From an uncultured Clostridia bacterium (lineage in GTDB: Bacteria > Bacillota > Clostridia > Christensenellales > Borkfalkiaceae), in contig CAZEVL010000001.1 of NCBI GenBank assembly GCA_964515795.1, positions 1-47,958 on the forward strand: DNA of 47,958 bases, in the 5' to 3' direction. Position 1 is the stretch's first letter. Each line of letters opens with the position of its first letter. This document shows positions 8,476-18,270 of the stretch, in pieces. The notes under the pieces were generated by a model. That model had not been told where the DNA came from. It saw nothing but the letters and a program-made list of their open reading frames with translations, and did no database searches. The translations under genes and the position numbers were made by a program.

Positions 8476-9726
8476 TTATTTATCGGAAAAATATTCCGTA
8501 AACTCCGAGAAAGGAACACTCTCGCTGTCTCCCGTCGCCATGCTCTTCACGTTGGCTTTTCCGTCCGCAAGCTCGTTGCCGCCGATCACCGCCACGTATT
8601 TTGCACCGATTTTATCGGCATATTTGAATTGCGCCTTTACCGAACGCTCCATGTGGTCGATTTCCGCAAAAATCCCCGCTCGACGAAGTTCCGTAGCCAA
8701 AGCGAACGCCTGCTTGCGACAATCGGAATCCATGCCGGCGATATATACCGTAGGCGTTTCCGCGGCAGGAATTTCCACGCTCGTCTGCTCCATAACGATT
8801 AACAACCGCTCGATCCCGGCGGCGAACCCTACGGCGGGGGTCGGATTTCCGCCGAGCTCTTCGATCAAACCGTCGTATCTGCCGCCGGCACAAACCGTAC
8901 CTTGCGCACCGATCGACGTAGAAACGAATTCAAAAACCGTACGGGTATAATAATCCAAACCGCGCACGATACGAGGATCGATTTCGTACGACACGCCTAC
9001 CGATTCCAAACATTGTTTCACAGCCTCGAAATGCGCGTGGCAATCCTCGCACAAATACTCCAAAATCGACGGCGCGTCGGCGTTGATCTTTTTGCAGTTT
9101 TCCTCTTTGCAATCGAGAAGACGCAACGGGTTCTTTTCGAAACGAGTTTTGCAATCGTAACACAGCTCGTCCAATTTCGGCGCGAAAAAGTCTTTCAACG
9201 CCTTATTGAACGCCGCACGACAAGTCGGACAACCGATGGAATTCAAATACAATTTCACGTTCAATCCAAGCTTTTTCAACAACGTATCCGCCATGAGAAT
9301 CGCTTCCGCATCCGTTTGCGCGCTCTTCGACCCGAAAAGCTCCACGCCGAACTGGTGAAATTCACGAAGTCTTCCGGCTTGCGGTCTTTCATAGCGAAAC
9401 GCCGGCATAACGTAATACATTTTCGCAGGCAACACGCCGTTCCCCATGCTGTTTTCCACAAACGAACGCACTGCGCCTGCCGTGCCTTCGGGTTTCAACG
9501 TAATCGAACGATCGCCTTTGTCCTTAAACGTATACATTTCTTTCGTAACGATATCGGTCGTATCGCCGACGCCGCGTTGAAACAGCTCCGTATGCTCGAA
9601 TACGGGCGTACGAATCTCTTTCAAATTAAACAGTTTCGCGACGTCGCGCGCCATGCCTTCCACATATTGCCATTTATAAGAATCTACGGGTAAAACGTCT
9701 TTCGTACCCTTGGGAATATTGATCAT
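8476..9726 (-). CDS. hisS: Histidine--tRNA ligase
   Basis: 416 aa. N-terminus MINIPKGTKDVLP. Class II motifs. C-terminal anticodon-binding domain (YVAVIGGNELADG). Confidence 0.95.
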   Translation of the reverse strand: MINIPKGTKDVLPVDSYKWQYVEGMARDVAKLFNLKEIRTPVFEHTELFQRGVGDTTDIVTKEMYTFKDKGDRSITLKPEGTAGAVRSFVENSMGNGVLPAKMYYVMPAFRYERPQAGRLREFHQFGVELFGSKSAQTDAEAILMADTLLKKLGLNVKLYLNSIGCPTCRAAFNKALKDFFAPKLDELCYDCKTRFEKNPLRLLDCKEENCKKINADAPSILEYLCEDCHAHFEAVKQCLESVGVSYEIDPRIVRGLDYYTRTVFEFVSTSIGAQGTVCAGGRYDGLIEELGGNPTPAVGFAAGIERLLIVMEQTSVEIPAAETPTVYIAGMDSDCRKQAFALATELRRAGIFAEIDHMERSVKAQFKYADKIGAKYVAVIGGNELADGKANVKSMATGDSESVPFSEFTEYFSDK

Positions 9727-9752
9727 AGTTTTTTCCTTCTTGTTTTTCTATA

Positions 9753-11066
9753 TTACAAAACGTATTTTTTAAGGTTTCTGTCACCCGTCAGTTTCTGTAA
9801 ATGCTCGTCCACGTATTTACGGTCGATTTGCAACGTAAACGTAGGATAATCGCCGCCTGCGTTAAAAGAAATATCCTCCAACAGATACTCCATTACCGTA
9901 TGCAATCGTCTTGCGCCGATATCCTCCGACGTCAAATTCAACTCCACGGCCACTTCTGCGATTCGCTCGATTGCTTCCTTGCTAAAACGTAAATCGATGT
10001 GGTCCACCCCCAACAATTTTTCGTATTGGAACGTAAGCGAGTTTTCCGTTTCTGTAAGAATTTTCACAAAATCCTCTTTGGTCAGGCTGTTCAACTCCAC
10101 GGAAACGGGGAACCGACCTTGCAATTCGGGGATCAAATCCTCGATCGCCGCCACGTGGAATGCGCCTGCGGCAATAAACAAGATAAAATCGGTCTTAATC
10201 GGTCCGTATTTCGTCACCACCGTCGAACCTTCCACAATCGGCAAAATATCCCGTTGCACGCCCTCGCGGGAAACGTCCGCGCCGTGCTGATTTCCTTTCC
10301 CTGCGATTTTATCTATCTCGTCGATGAACACGATCCCGTCGTTTTCCGCACGGAACACCGCTTCCGACTTGATTGCGTCCTCGTCCAAGAGCTTATCAGA
10401 TTCTTCCGCGACGGCGATTTGGAATGCCTCGCGTACGCTCAAACGGCGTTTCTTCTTTTTTTGAGGAAACATATCCCCGAAAATACTGCCGATGGAAATT
10501 GCCGCCGTCCCGGGAGCAAGCTCCATCGGTTGCGCGGTTTCCACGACTTCCATTTCGATTTGAAAATTGTCGTATTGTCCTTTACGCAAATTCTCCAAAA
10601 GCTGCGTTTCGAACACTTCTTTCGCCAAGTCGCCCTTTTCGTCCTTTTTCGCCTCGTACAAAATACGAAGTAAACGGCGTTCCGCCACGGCGGTCGCTTT
10701 GGCTTTGACCTCTTCTTCCTTTTCCGATTTCACAAGCCGATAGGCGCATTCCGCCAAGTCACGAATCATGCCTTCGACGTCTTTACCTACGTACCCGACC
10801 TCGGTATACTTGGTCGCTTCCACTTTTACGAACGGAGCTTTCACAAGCTTTGCCAATCGTCTGGCAATCTCGGTTTTCCCGACGCCCGTAGGTCCTTTCA
10901 TAATAATGTTTTTCGGGGTAATTTCTTCGCGAATCTCCGCAGGGAGCTGCGCGCGACGATAACGATTTCTAAGCGCGATTGCAACGGCTTTCTTCGCCTC
11001 GTCTTGCCCGATGATATATTTGTCTAATTGAAAAACGATTTGCTTGGGAGATAAATCCATACTCAA
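9753..11066 (-). CDS. hslU: ATP-dependent protease ATPase subunit HslU
   Basis: 437 aa. [21 protein letters not shown] and P-loop [15 protein letters not shown]. Confidence 0.95.
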   Translation of the reverse strand: MSMDLSPKQIVFQLDKYIIGQDEAKKAVAIALRNRYRRAQLPAEIREEITPKNIIMKGPTGVGKTEIARRLAKLVKAPFVKVEATKYTEVGYVGKDVEGMIRDLAECAYRLVKSEKEEEVKAKATAVAERRLLRILYEAKKDEKGDLAKEVFETQLLENLRKGQYDNFQIEMEVVETAQPMELAPGTAAISIGSIFGDMFPQKKKKRRLSVREAFQIAVAEESDKLLDEDAIKSEAVFRAENDGIVFIDEIDKIAGKGNQHGADVSREGVQRDILPIVEGSTVVTKYGPIKTDFILFIAAGAFHVAAIEDLIPELQGRFPVSVELNSLTKEDFVKILTETENSLTFQYEKLLGVDHIDLRFSKEAIERIAEVAVELNLTSEDIGARRLHTVMEYLLEDISFNAGGDYPTFTLQIDRKYVDEHLQKLTGDRNLKKYVL

Positions 11067-11668
11067 TCCTCCTTTGCCTTTTTGCGCGTCGTCTTTTTCG
11101 TCTTCACGGGGGGCAGGGCTGCGTTGACGGCGTTGCCTACCGTTTCCGAACGAATGTTATCGTTGGTAAACACGCAAATTTCCGATGCGATTTTCAACGC
11201 TTTTCGAGCAATCGTTTCCGCATCGTACGTTGTTTCCTGATACAACGCACGCGCCGCCGCCAAGGCGTAATTGCCGCCGCTTCCGATGGCGCAAACACCG
11301 CCGTCCGGTTCGATGACCTCGCCCGTTCCCGAAAGAATGAGCAACGTGGTTTCGTCCGCAACAATCATCATTGCGTCCAATTTTCTGCCTACTTTGTCGT
11401 TTCTCCAAAGCTCGGCAAGCTCCACCGCGGAACGCATCAAATTCCCGCCGAACTTATTCAGCATACCCTCGAAGCGTTCCGTCAGAGCAAACGCGTCCGT
11501 TACCGACCCTGCAAAGCCGAGAATGACTTTGCCGCCGAAAATACGGCGTACCTTCACCGCCGAATTCTTAAAAATAACCGATTCGCCCATCGTCACTTGT
11601 CCGTCGCCGGCAATCGCCGTGACGCCGTCACGCTTCACCGCGCAAATCGTCGTACCTCTAAATTCCAT
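11063..11668 (-). CDS. hslV: ATP-dependent protease subunit HslV, with a Lys-rich C-terminal extension
   Basis: 201 aa. N-terminal [11 protein letters not shown] (Thr nucleophile context). Tail [16 protein letters not shown]. 4-nt overlap with hslU. Confidence 0.9.
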   Translation of the reverse strand: MEFRGTTICAVKRDGVTAIAGDGQVTMGESVIFKNSAVKVRRIFGGKVILGFAGSVTDAFALTERFEGMLNKFGGNLMRSAVELAELWRNDKVGRKLDAMMIVADETTLLILSGTGEVIEPDGGVCAIGSGGNYALAAARALYQETTYDAETIARKALKIASEICVFTNDNIRSETVGNAVNAALPPVKTKKTTRKKAKED

Positions 11669-11671
11669 AAA

Positions 11672-12979
11672 TTACCTCATCTCCTTAATTGCTTCCAACG
11701 CTCTTTCCGCAAGCGCCCTATACCGCTCTTTTTTATCCTTTATGCGGACGGACAACGGCGCCAAAATCCCGAAATTCGCATTCATTGGTTGGAAATCCTT
11801 CGTCGGCGTAGAAATATGCGTTTCCAACGCGCCGCAAACGGTCCTGTCGTCGAACACGCGAGCAGGGCGTCCCGAAATTTCATCGGCGATATGAATCGCC
11901 GCCAACAACCCGCTCGCCGCGCTCTCTACGTATCCTTCCACGCCCGTAATCTGTCCCGCAAAGAAAATACGTCTATTATTCTTAAACGAAAAATCGCGAC
12001 TTAAAACGTCGGGAGATTGAATATACGTATTGCGGTGCATTACGCCGTAACGCAAAAAATCCGCGTTTTTGAGCGCAGGGATCATCGAAAAGACCCTTTT
12101 TTGCTCCCCGAATTTCAAATTGGTTTGAAACCCGACCAAATTATACGTCGTCCCGGCAGCCTGCTCTTTGCGGAGCTGCAACACGGCATACGGACGTTTT
12201 CCGTCCTCGTCGTACAACCCCACGGGTTTCAACGTACCGTATCGAAGCGTATCCCTGCCGCGCGAAGCCATTACCTCGATCGGCATACACCCCTCGAAAA
12301 TTTCACCTTTCTCGAACTCGTGCAATTCCACCCGTTCCGCCGCCAACAATGCGTCCACGAAGGCGTAATATTCCTCCTTCGTCATCGGGCAGTTGATGTA
12401 ATCCCCCGTGCCCTTACCGTACCGATCCCCCGTAAAAGCACAACTTTCGTCTATGCTTTCCGCAGAAACGATCGGTGCGGACGCATCGTAAAAATGTAAG
12501 CCGCCGCCGGTTTTTCGTAAAATATCTTCACCGAGCGATTCCGCCGTGAGCGGTCCCGTAGCAACAATCACATACTTGTCCCCGTCCTTTTCAGGCTCCG
12601 GAAGTTTTTTTACTTCCTCGGACAATATGGTAAGATTAGGACATTTTTTCAACTTTTCCGTGATATAGGAAGAGAACAATTCTCTATCCACAGCCAACGC
12701 CGCACCGGCAGGGACTTTCGTCGCGTCCGCCGCCTCGATCACCATAGAACCGAGCAAACGCATTTCCTCTTTCAACAATCCGCAAGCATTTGCGTAAACG
12801 TCGTTGCTTTTTAAGGAATTGGAACAAACCAATTCCCCGAAATTCACGCTCTCGTGCGCAGGTGTAAATTTTTTCGGCTTCATTTCGACAAGCGTCGTTT
12901 TAATCCCGTGCGAAGCCAAATAATACGCCGCCTCGCTGCCCGCCAAACCGCCGCCGATTACGAATACTTCTTTTGCCAT
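11672..12979 (-). CDS. trmFO: Methylenetetrahydrofolate--tRNA-(uracil-5-)-methyltransferase
   Basis: 435 aa. FAD motif VIGGGLAGSEAA and LVCSNSLKS. Confidence 0.95.
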   Translation of the reverse strand: MAKEVFVIGGGLAGSEAAYYLASHGIKTTLVEMKPKKFTPAHESVNFGELVCSNSLKSNDVYANACGLLKEEMRLLGSMVIEAADATKVPAGAALAVDRELFSSYITEKLKKCPNLTILSEEVKKLPEPEKDGDKYVIVATGPLTAESLGEDILRKTGGGLHFYDASAPIVSAESIDESCAFTGDRYGKGTGDYINCPMTKEEYYAFVDALLAAERVELHEFEKGEIFEGCMPIEVMASRGRDTLRYGTLKPVGLYDEDGKRPYAVLQLRKEQAAGTTYNLVGFQTNLKFGEQKRVFSMIPALKNADFLRYGVMHRNTYIQSPDVLSRDFSFKNNRRIFFAGQITGVEGYVESAASGLLAAIHIADEISGRPARVFDDRTVCGALETHISTPTKDFQPMNANFGILAPLSVRIKDKKERYRALAERALEAIKEMR

Positions 12980-12985
12980 ATTCGC

Positions 12986-15313
12986 TCAATCCTCGTCGGA
13001 AAAATCATACACGGGTTCGTCCATCAAAGGCGGAGGCGTAAAGTCGTCGTCCATTTCCGCAACTTTTTTCGTTGTTTTCTCCGTCTTGGGTTTTTCCGTC
13101 TTGATTTTATACGAACACTCTTTATTGCTGCATTTTACATTTCCTCTCGCAGTCTGTACAAGCGGCGATTGACATTCCGGACACTTCTCGCCCGTAGGAA
13201 CGTCCCAACTCATAAACTTGCAGTCGGGATACCCCAAACAACTGTAATACACCTTTCCTTTTTTGGATTTTCTTACCGTCATCGCCGAACCGCATTCGGG
13301 ACATTTTCCGACAAGTTTCGGTTCTTCGTCCGTCGGCATCGACATCGTGGACTTACAGTCGGGATAGCTGGGGCAAGCCAAAAACCTGCCGAATTTACCG
13401 CTCTTAACCACCATATTCTCGCCGCATTTCGGGCAGCGCACCGAAGAAATTTCTTCCTTCGTTTCGCTGATAATATTTTGACATTCCGGATAATTGGAGC
13501 AAGCCAGATACTTACCGAATTTCCCCATTCTGCGAAGCATAAAATGTCCGCATTTTCCGCAGGGAATATCCGTCTGCTCGTCGCCGTACCCGGACGCTTT
13601 GCGCAAATTGTTCTCGAACCCCGGATAGAAATCTCCGATGACCGTACGCCATTCCACGCCGCCGTCTTCGATATCGTCCAGACGCGTTTCCATGCCCGCC
13701 GTAAAGCCGATATCCATGACGTCGGTAAAACAATGTATGAGCATATCCACCACGTCGTACGCAATCGGAGAAGGCACCATATACTTCCCGTCCTTTTTCA
13801 CGTACTTCTGCATGAGTTTGGAAATAATCGTCGCATACGTGGACGGACGACCGATTCCCTTTTCTTCCATCGCTTTTACGAGAGACGCGTCCGTATACCG
13901 CAGCGGCGGTTTCGTGAATTTTTGCTCCTTTTGCATCGATACGAGATCCAGCGCGTCGCCCTCGTTCAAATCGGGCAACAGCTTTGCGGAACTGATTTCG
14001 TCCTCGTCGTCCTTCTTGACGTTCCCCGCGTCTTGATACACAGCCGTAAACCCGGGGAAAAGCAATACTTTTCCACTCGCTTTGAATACGTAACCGCTGT
14101 TATCGATCTCCATTTGCATACTGTTGTATTTCGCCTCCGCCATTTGCGAAGCGAGGAAGCGTTCGTAAACGAGCTTATACAACGAATAATGCTTCTTATC
14201 CAACAGCTTTTTCGCCTTTTCGGGCGTCATCGTAATATCGTTCGGACGGATTGCCTCGTGTGCGTCCTGCGCGCCTTTTTTAGAAGCGTAAAAATTCGGC
14301 TTTTCCGGCGCGTATTCCTCGCCGTATACTTCGCGAATGCGCTCCAACGCCTTTGCTTGCGCTTCTTGCGACACGCGTACGGAGTCCGTTCTCATATAGG
14401 TGATAAACGCGATATGATCTCCGTTTTCCGTTTCGATACCTTCATACAAATGCTGTGCGAGCGTCATCGTTTCCGGAGCGGTAAAACCGAGTTTCGTCGA
14501 TGCGTCCTGTTGCATGGAGCTGGTCGTAAACGGCGCAGGCGCATGCGATTTCGCGATTTTTTTCTGGACTTTGGAAACGACGAATTTACCTTGTCCGAGC
14601 GTTTCCAAAACTTGCTCGGTTTCCTCCGCCGAAGACGGTTTATATTTCTTCGTACCCTTCTTTTCCAACAACGCCTTAAACGCCGCGTACTTTTTCGGCT
14701 GATCCTGTAATTCCGCCGTCAAATTCCAGTATTCCTGCGGCACGAACGCCGTAATTTCGCGTTCTCTCTCCACCACCAAACGCAGTGCGACGGATTGCAC
14801 CCTGCCGCCCGAAAGCGTGCGCTTGCCGTTCCCGTTCTTATCCTCGATTTTATGATTGAGCAACGTCGATAATTTATACCCCACGAGTCTGTCCAACACA
14901 CGTCGCGCCTGTTGTGCGTCCACGAGGTTGTAATTGATTTGGCGTGGCGTTTGCAAAGCCGATTCGATGGCGCGTTGCGAAACTTCGTTGAATTCGATAC
15001 GATTCAAACCCTGTTCGTCCAAGCCCAACACCGTCTGCAAATGCCATGCGATCGCCTCCCCCTCTCTGTCGGGGTCGGTTGCGAGATAAACGCGATCGGC
15101 TTTCTTCGTTTCGTCCGTCAAACGACGAATGATGTCCTCTTTTCCTTCGGAATTGACGTATTTCGGTTCGAAATTATTTTTCACGTCCACGCCGAGCGTA
15201 TGCACGGGCAAATCGCGGATATGTCCCGCCGAAGCGTCCACGCGATACTTGCCTTTGAGATATTTGGAAATTGTTTTCGCCTTGGAAGGCGACTCTACGA
15301 TGATTAAATCCAT
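12986..15313 (-). CDS. topA: DNA topoisomerase I
   Basis: 775 aa. Toprim start MDLIIVESPSKAKTISKYL. Several C-terminal Cys4 zinc ribbons. Acidic tail. Confidence 0.95.
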   Translation of the reverse strand: MDLIIVESPSKAKTISKYLKGKYRVDASAGHIRDLPVHTLGVDVKNNFEPKYVNSEGKEDIIRRLTDETKKADRVYLATDPDREGEAIAWHLQTVLGLDEQGLNRIEFNEVSQRAIESALQTPRQINYNLVDAQQARRVLDRLVGYKLSTLLNHKIEDKNGNGKRTLSGGRVQSVALRLVVEREREITAFVPQEYWNLTAELQDQPKKYAAFKALLEKKGTKKYKPSSAEETEQVLETLGQGKFVVSKVQKKIAKSHAPAPFTTSSMQQDASTKLGFTAPETMTLAQHLYEGIETENGDHIAFITYMRTDSVRVSQEAQAKALERIREVYGEEYAPEKPNFYASKKGAQDAHEAIRPNDITMTPEKAKKLLDKKHYSLYKLVYERFLASQMAEAKYNSMQMEIDNSGYVFKASGKVLLFPGFTAVYQDAGNVKKDDEDEISSAKLLPDLNEGDALDLVSMQKEQKFTKPPLRYTDASLVKAMEEKGIGRPSTYATIISKLMQKYVKKDGKYMVPSPIAYDVVDMLIHCFTDVMDIGFTAGMETRLDDIEDGGVEWRTVIGDFYPGFENNLRKASGYGDEQTDIPCGKCGHFMLRRMGKFGKYLACSNYPECQNIISETKEEISSVRCPKCGENMVVKSGKFGRFLACPSYPDCKSTMSMPTDEEPKLVGKCPECGSAMTVRKSKKGKVYYSCLGYPDCKFMSWDVPTGEKCPECQSPLVQTARGNVKCSNKECSYKIKTEKPKTEKTTKKVAEMDDDFTPPPLMDEPVYDFSDED

Positions 15314-15336
15314 TCTATATTCCTTATACTTGATTT

Positions 15337-16209
15337 TTACAATTTAATTACGGCATAACGATTTCCGCCGAGTGCCGCCGCCAAGCCCTTGATTTCCAAC
15401 GCCGACAATACGGAACGAGCCTTATACGCAGGAACGCCTGCCTTTGCGGCAAGTTCCCCGATATGCCCTTCGGAAAGTTCCCGCAAGGCTTCGTACAACT
15501 TTCGTTCGTCCCCCGTCAAATCGACAACGGGCTCCGTCGTCGTTGTTTTTATCCCGAACGCAACGGACACGTCCGCCGCGTTCTCCGTCAAATAAGCTCC
15601 CTCTTTGATCAGACGATTGCAACCTTCTCCTGCCGCCGCCCCGGGCGCATACGGCAATGCAAAAATCGGTTTTTGAAACTGTTTCGCATACTTCGCAGTA
15701 ATCAGAGCGCCGCTCTTTTCCGCCGCACCGAGTACCAGCGTACCTTCCCCCAACGCCGCCAACAGCTTGTTGCGGTAATCGTAGGAAAAGGAACGCACGG
15801 GCGTTTCGTAGGGATACGGAGACAGCAACAAACCTCGTTCCGCCACTCGCCCCAACAACGCGGCATTCCCTTGCGGCAAAGCCGAAAAACCGCCTGCCAA
15901 AAGGCAAATTACCCGTCCGCCGCCCGAAAGCGCACCCTCGATCGCCGCGCCGTCGCCGCCGTCTGCCGTTCCCGTAAGAATCGCAAACGATTTCGACAGC
16001 TCTTTGGAAATTTGCATGCCTATTTTCAACGCATACGCAGGCGTTCGTCTGGAACCGACCACCGTCAGTTTCCGCATCCGAAGCAAGGAAAGATCCCCGA
16101 CGGCAAACAGTGTTTTCGGCGCGTCCGAAAACGATTGCCAAGCCTTAGGATACAACGAATCTTCCTGCAGAATTTCCGTTACGTTTTGCCATATTCTCTC
16201 CGTCGTCAT
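15337..16209 (-). CDS. dprA: DNA processing protein DprA/Smf
   Basis: The track ORF extends to 16305. I prefer the ATG at 16209 (MTTERIW...), which forms an ATGA overlap with the stop of the upstream gene. Rossmann-like VVGSRRTP...TGTADGGDGAAIEGAL. Confidence 0.85.
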   Translation of the reverse strand: MTTERIWQNVTEILQEDSLYPKAWQSFSDAPKTLFAVGDLSLLRMRKLTVVGSRRTPAYALKIGMQISKELSKSFAILTGTADGGDGAAIEGALSGGGRVICLLAGGFSALPQGNAALLGRVAERGLLLSPYPYETPVRSFSYDYRNKLLAALGEGTLVLGAAEKSGALITAKYAKQFQKPIFALPYAPGAAAGEGCNRLIKEGAYLTENAADVSVAFGIKTTTTEPVVDLTGDERKLYEALRELSEGHIGELAAKAGVPAYKARSVLSALEIKGLAAALGGNRYAVIKL

Positions 16210-16499
16210 AACGCCACCATTCCGATAGTCAAGTGAGCAAACAGAATAACCCATACCGATGTCTGCCAAAGCAAACCGAGCAAATTCACCGCATGGAAAT
16301 ACCAATGCTTCGTCTTATGCCGCACGCGCAACATTGCGACGTATCCGCCGAGCGCGCCGCCGAAAAACGACAATCCCAATAACGTCGCCTCGGAAATTCT
16401 CCGTTTCCCTTTTTTTGCCTTACGCTTATCCGAAGCGTACGCCGCGTACGCAATCGATGACAACAAAAGCAAATATATTGTATACAAAAGCACCGCCAT
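16206..16499 (-). CDS. DUF1294 family small membrane protein
   Basis: 97 aa. Pattern DKRKAKKGKRRISE...GGALGGYVAMLRVRHKTKHWYF is typical of DUF1294. Confidence 0.75.
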   Translation of the reverse strand: MAVLLYTIYLLLLSSIAYAAYASDKRKAKKGKRRISEATLLGLSFFGGALGGYVAMLRVRHKTKHWYFHAVNLLGLLWQTSVWVILFAHLTIGMVAL

Positions 16500-16523
16500 A
16501 TATCCTTGCTATCCTTTCTTTCG

Positions 16524-18053
16524 TCAATCGTCTATCTCCGCACCATACGTCCTGTAAGAGATTGCCTCGTATAAATGTTCCGGCAAAACGTTCTCCGAAA
16601 AGTCCAAATCGGCAATCGTCCTCGCGACCTTTAAGATACGGGATCGAGCGCGTGCGGACAAATGCAAACGCTCGAACGCTTCTTTCAAGACCGCTTCTCC
16701 CTCCGAAGAAAGTTTACAATATACGCGCGTTTCCTTTTCTCCCATTTCCGCATTCGTTTTGACGCCCGTCCCCGAAAAGCGTTCACGCTGGATTCGTCTT
16801 GCGACGTCCGCGCGGCGTTTGACCTCCGCACTGCTTTCCTCTTCGGTTTCGGAAACAAGTTCGTCGTACTCCACACCGTCCACTTCCACTTGAATATCGA
16901 TTCTATCCAGCAACGGACCCGAAATTTTCGCGCGATAACGACGAATGTCGTTCGGTGTACAAGTGCAACGACGTTTTTTACTGCCGTAATTTCCGCAAGG
17001 ACATGGATTCATGCTCGCACACAGCATAAACGAAGCCGGATACGTCACCGTTCCCCCGGAACGAGAAATGGTGATTACACCGTCCTCCAAGGGCTGGCGC
17101 AACGCCTCCAAAGCGGAACGTTTATATTCCGGCAATTCGTCCAAAAACAAAACGCCGCCGTGCGCAAGGCTGATTTCGCCCGGATGTACGAATTTATTGC
17201 CGCCGCCGCAAAGCGAAACGGTCGTCGCCGTATGATGAGGGCTTCGGAACGGTCGTTCAACGACGATCCCGTCCTCGCCGAGCGTACCGGCTACCGAGTG
17301 GATTTTCGTAATCTCCAACGCCTCCTCGAAGGACATATCGGGCAACACGGACGGAAGCGACCGCGCCAGCATCGTTTTACCGCTGCCGGGAGGCCCTACG
17401 AACAATATGTTGTGTCCGCCTGCCACCGCCACTTCCAACGCGCGTTTGGCAATTTCTTGTCCTTTCACGAAAGAAAGATCGTAGGAAGTTTTCTCCCCGT
17501 GACGCCTCGTCGCAAAAGACTCCGTCGGTGTCGGCGACATCGGCGCAAGCCCCGATAAATGATCGAAAACCTCTCGCAAATTTTTCGCCGCATAGACTTC
17601 TACCCCGTCTATAAATCCCGCCTCTTTCCGATTCTCGTAAGGAACGACGAATTTTTTGAAACCCTTATCGCGTGCCGATATTACGGACGGCAGAACGCCC
17701 GTCACGGGGCGAAGTTCGCCGCTTAAAGCGAGTTCGCCCAAAAATATGTAACCTTCGACGTTCGCCTCCAACGTGCCGTAAGCAAGCAACAAACTGATCG
17801 CCACGGGCAAATCGAAAGCCGAGCCTTCTTTCTTTACATACGCAGGTGCGAGATTGACGGTAATTTTATGCGCGGGAAATTCCAAAGCGCTGTTTTTCAC
17901 TGCGCTTCTGACCCGTTCCTTGGACTCCTTCACGGCAGCGTCGGGCAAACCGACCATTTCGTAAGCAGGCAGACCTTTCGATATATCCGCTTCCACCGTT
18001 ACGCAAACGCCCTCCAAGCCCGACAAAGCGTAACTTTGCACTTTTGCAATCAT
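16524..18053 (-). CDS. comM: Mg-chelatase-like AAA protein YifB/ComM
   Basis: The track ORF starts at 18077. The ATG at 18053 (MIAKVQSYALSG) has a GGAGG RBS 6 nt upstream. P-loop GPPGSGKTMLA. Confidence 0.9.
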   Translation of the reverse strand: MIAKVQSYALSGLEGVCVTVEADISKGLPAYEMVGLPDAAVKESKERVRSAVKNSALEFPAHKITVNLAPAYVKKEGSAFDLPVAISLLLAYGTLEANVEGYIFLGELALSGELRPVTGVLPSVISARDKGFKKFVVPYENRKEAGFIDGVEVYAAKNLREVFDHLSGLAPMSPTPTESFATRRHGEKTSYDLSFVKGQEIAKRALEVAVAGGHNILFVGPPGSGKTMLARSLPSVLPDMSFEEALEITKIHSVAGTLGEDGIVVERPFRSPHHTATTVSLCGGGNKFVHPGEISLAHGGVLFLDELPEYKRSALEALRQPLEDGVITISRSGGTVTYPASFMLCASMNPCPCGNYGSKKRRCTCTPNDIRRYRAKISGPLLDRIDIQVEVDGVEYDELVSETEEESSAEVKRRADVARRIQRERFSGTGVKTNAEMGEKETRVYCKLSSEGEAVLKEAFERLHLSARARSRILKVARTIADLDFSENVLPEHLYEAISYRTYGAEIDD

Positions 18054-18111
18054 ACCGTTTCCTCCCCTTGCGCACAAGGCTTTGCCTCATACACTATATA
18101 TAGCCTATTCT

Positions 18112-18141
18112 ATTGTAAACCAAAAACGGAAAAAAGTAAAC
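18112..18141 (-). promoter_or_regulatory. sigma-A-type promoter of the comM-dprA-topA cluster
   Basis: Minus strand reads GTTTACTTTTTTC (containing -35 TTTACT), a 17-nt spacer, then TACAAT. Confidence 0.45.
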
Positions 18142-18237
18142 TGAATTTCACCCGTTTTTTTCGCCAAACGGTATTTTTCTCCGTCCGAGCGATTTGTTTT
18201 ACCCCCGCACACGCTCTAAATCGTCTATACGGCAAAA

Positions 18238-18264
18238 GAAACGCCGCGTATCCCGCGACGTTTC
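18238..18264 (-). terminator. Terminator of the Mrr-like gene
   Basis: 11-bp stem GAAACGCCGCG/CGCGACGTTTC (one G-U pair in the RNA) with a 5-nt loop. On the minus strand it is followed by TTTTG. Confidence 0.6.
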
Positions 18265-18270
18265 GATCGT

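Noticed and set aside
12854-14710. Very long plus-strand ORFs opposite real minus-strand genes. Examples: 469..1512, 8902..9693, 12854..14710, 16662..17558, 18827..19735, 25042..25941, 28664..29593, 31997..32965, 37425..38450, 38911..39954.
   Set aside because: Each of the two I checked (469..1512 and 12854..14710) is in the exact codon-aligned antisense register of a confidently identified gene. Their products are Arg/Phe/His-rich nonsense without motifs. They stay open simply because the sense genes rarely use TTA, CTA and TCA codons. They are shadow ORFs, not genes.
18071-18100. The comM leader (CGCACAAGGC...CATAC) as a further degenerate repeat copy.
   Set aside because: Only box L is roughly matched (9/10 to the degenerate uvrA-spacer version). 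The spacing to CATAC is 8 nt shorter than in real copies. The similarity is also explained by a local CCTTG/CAAGG hairpin.
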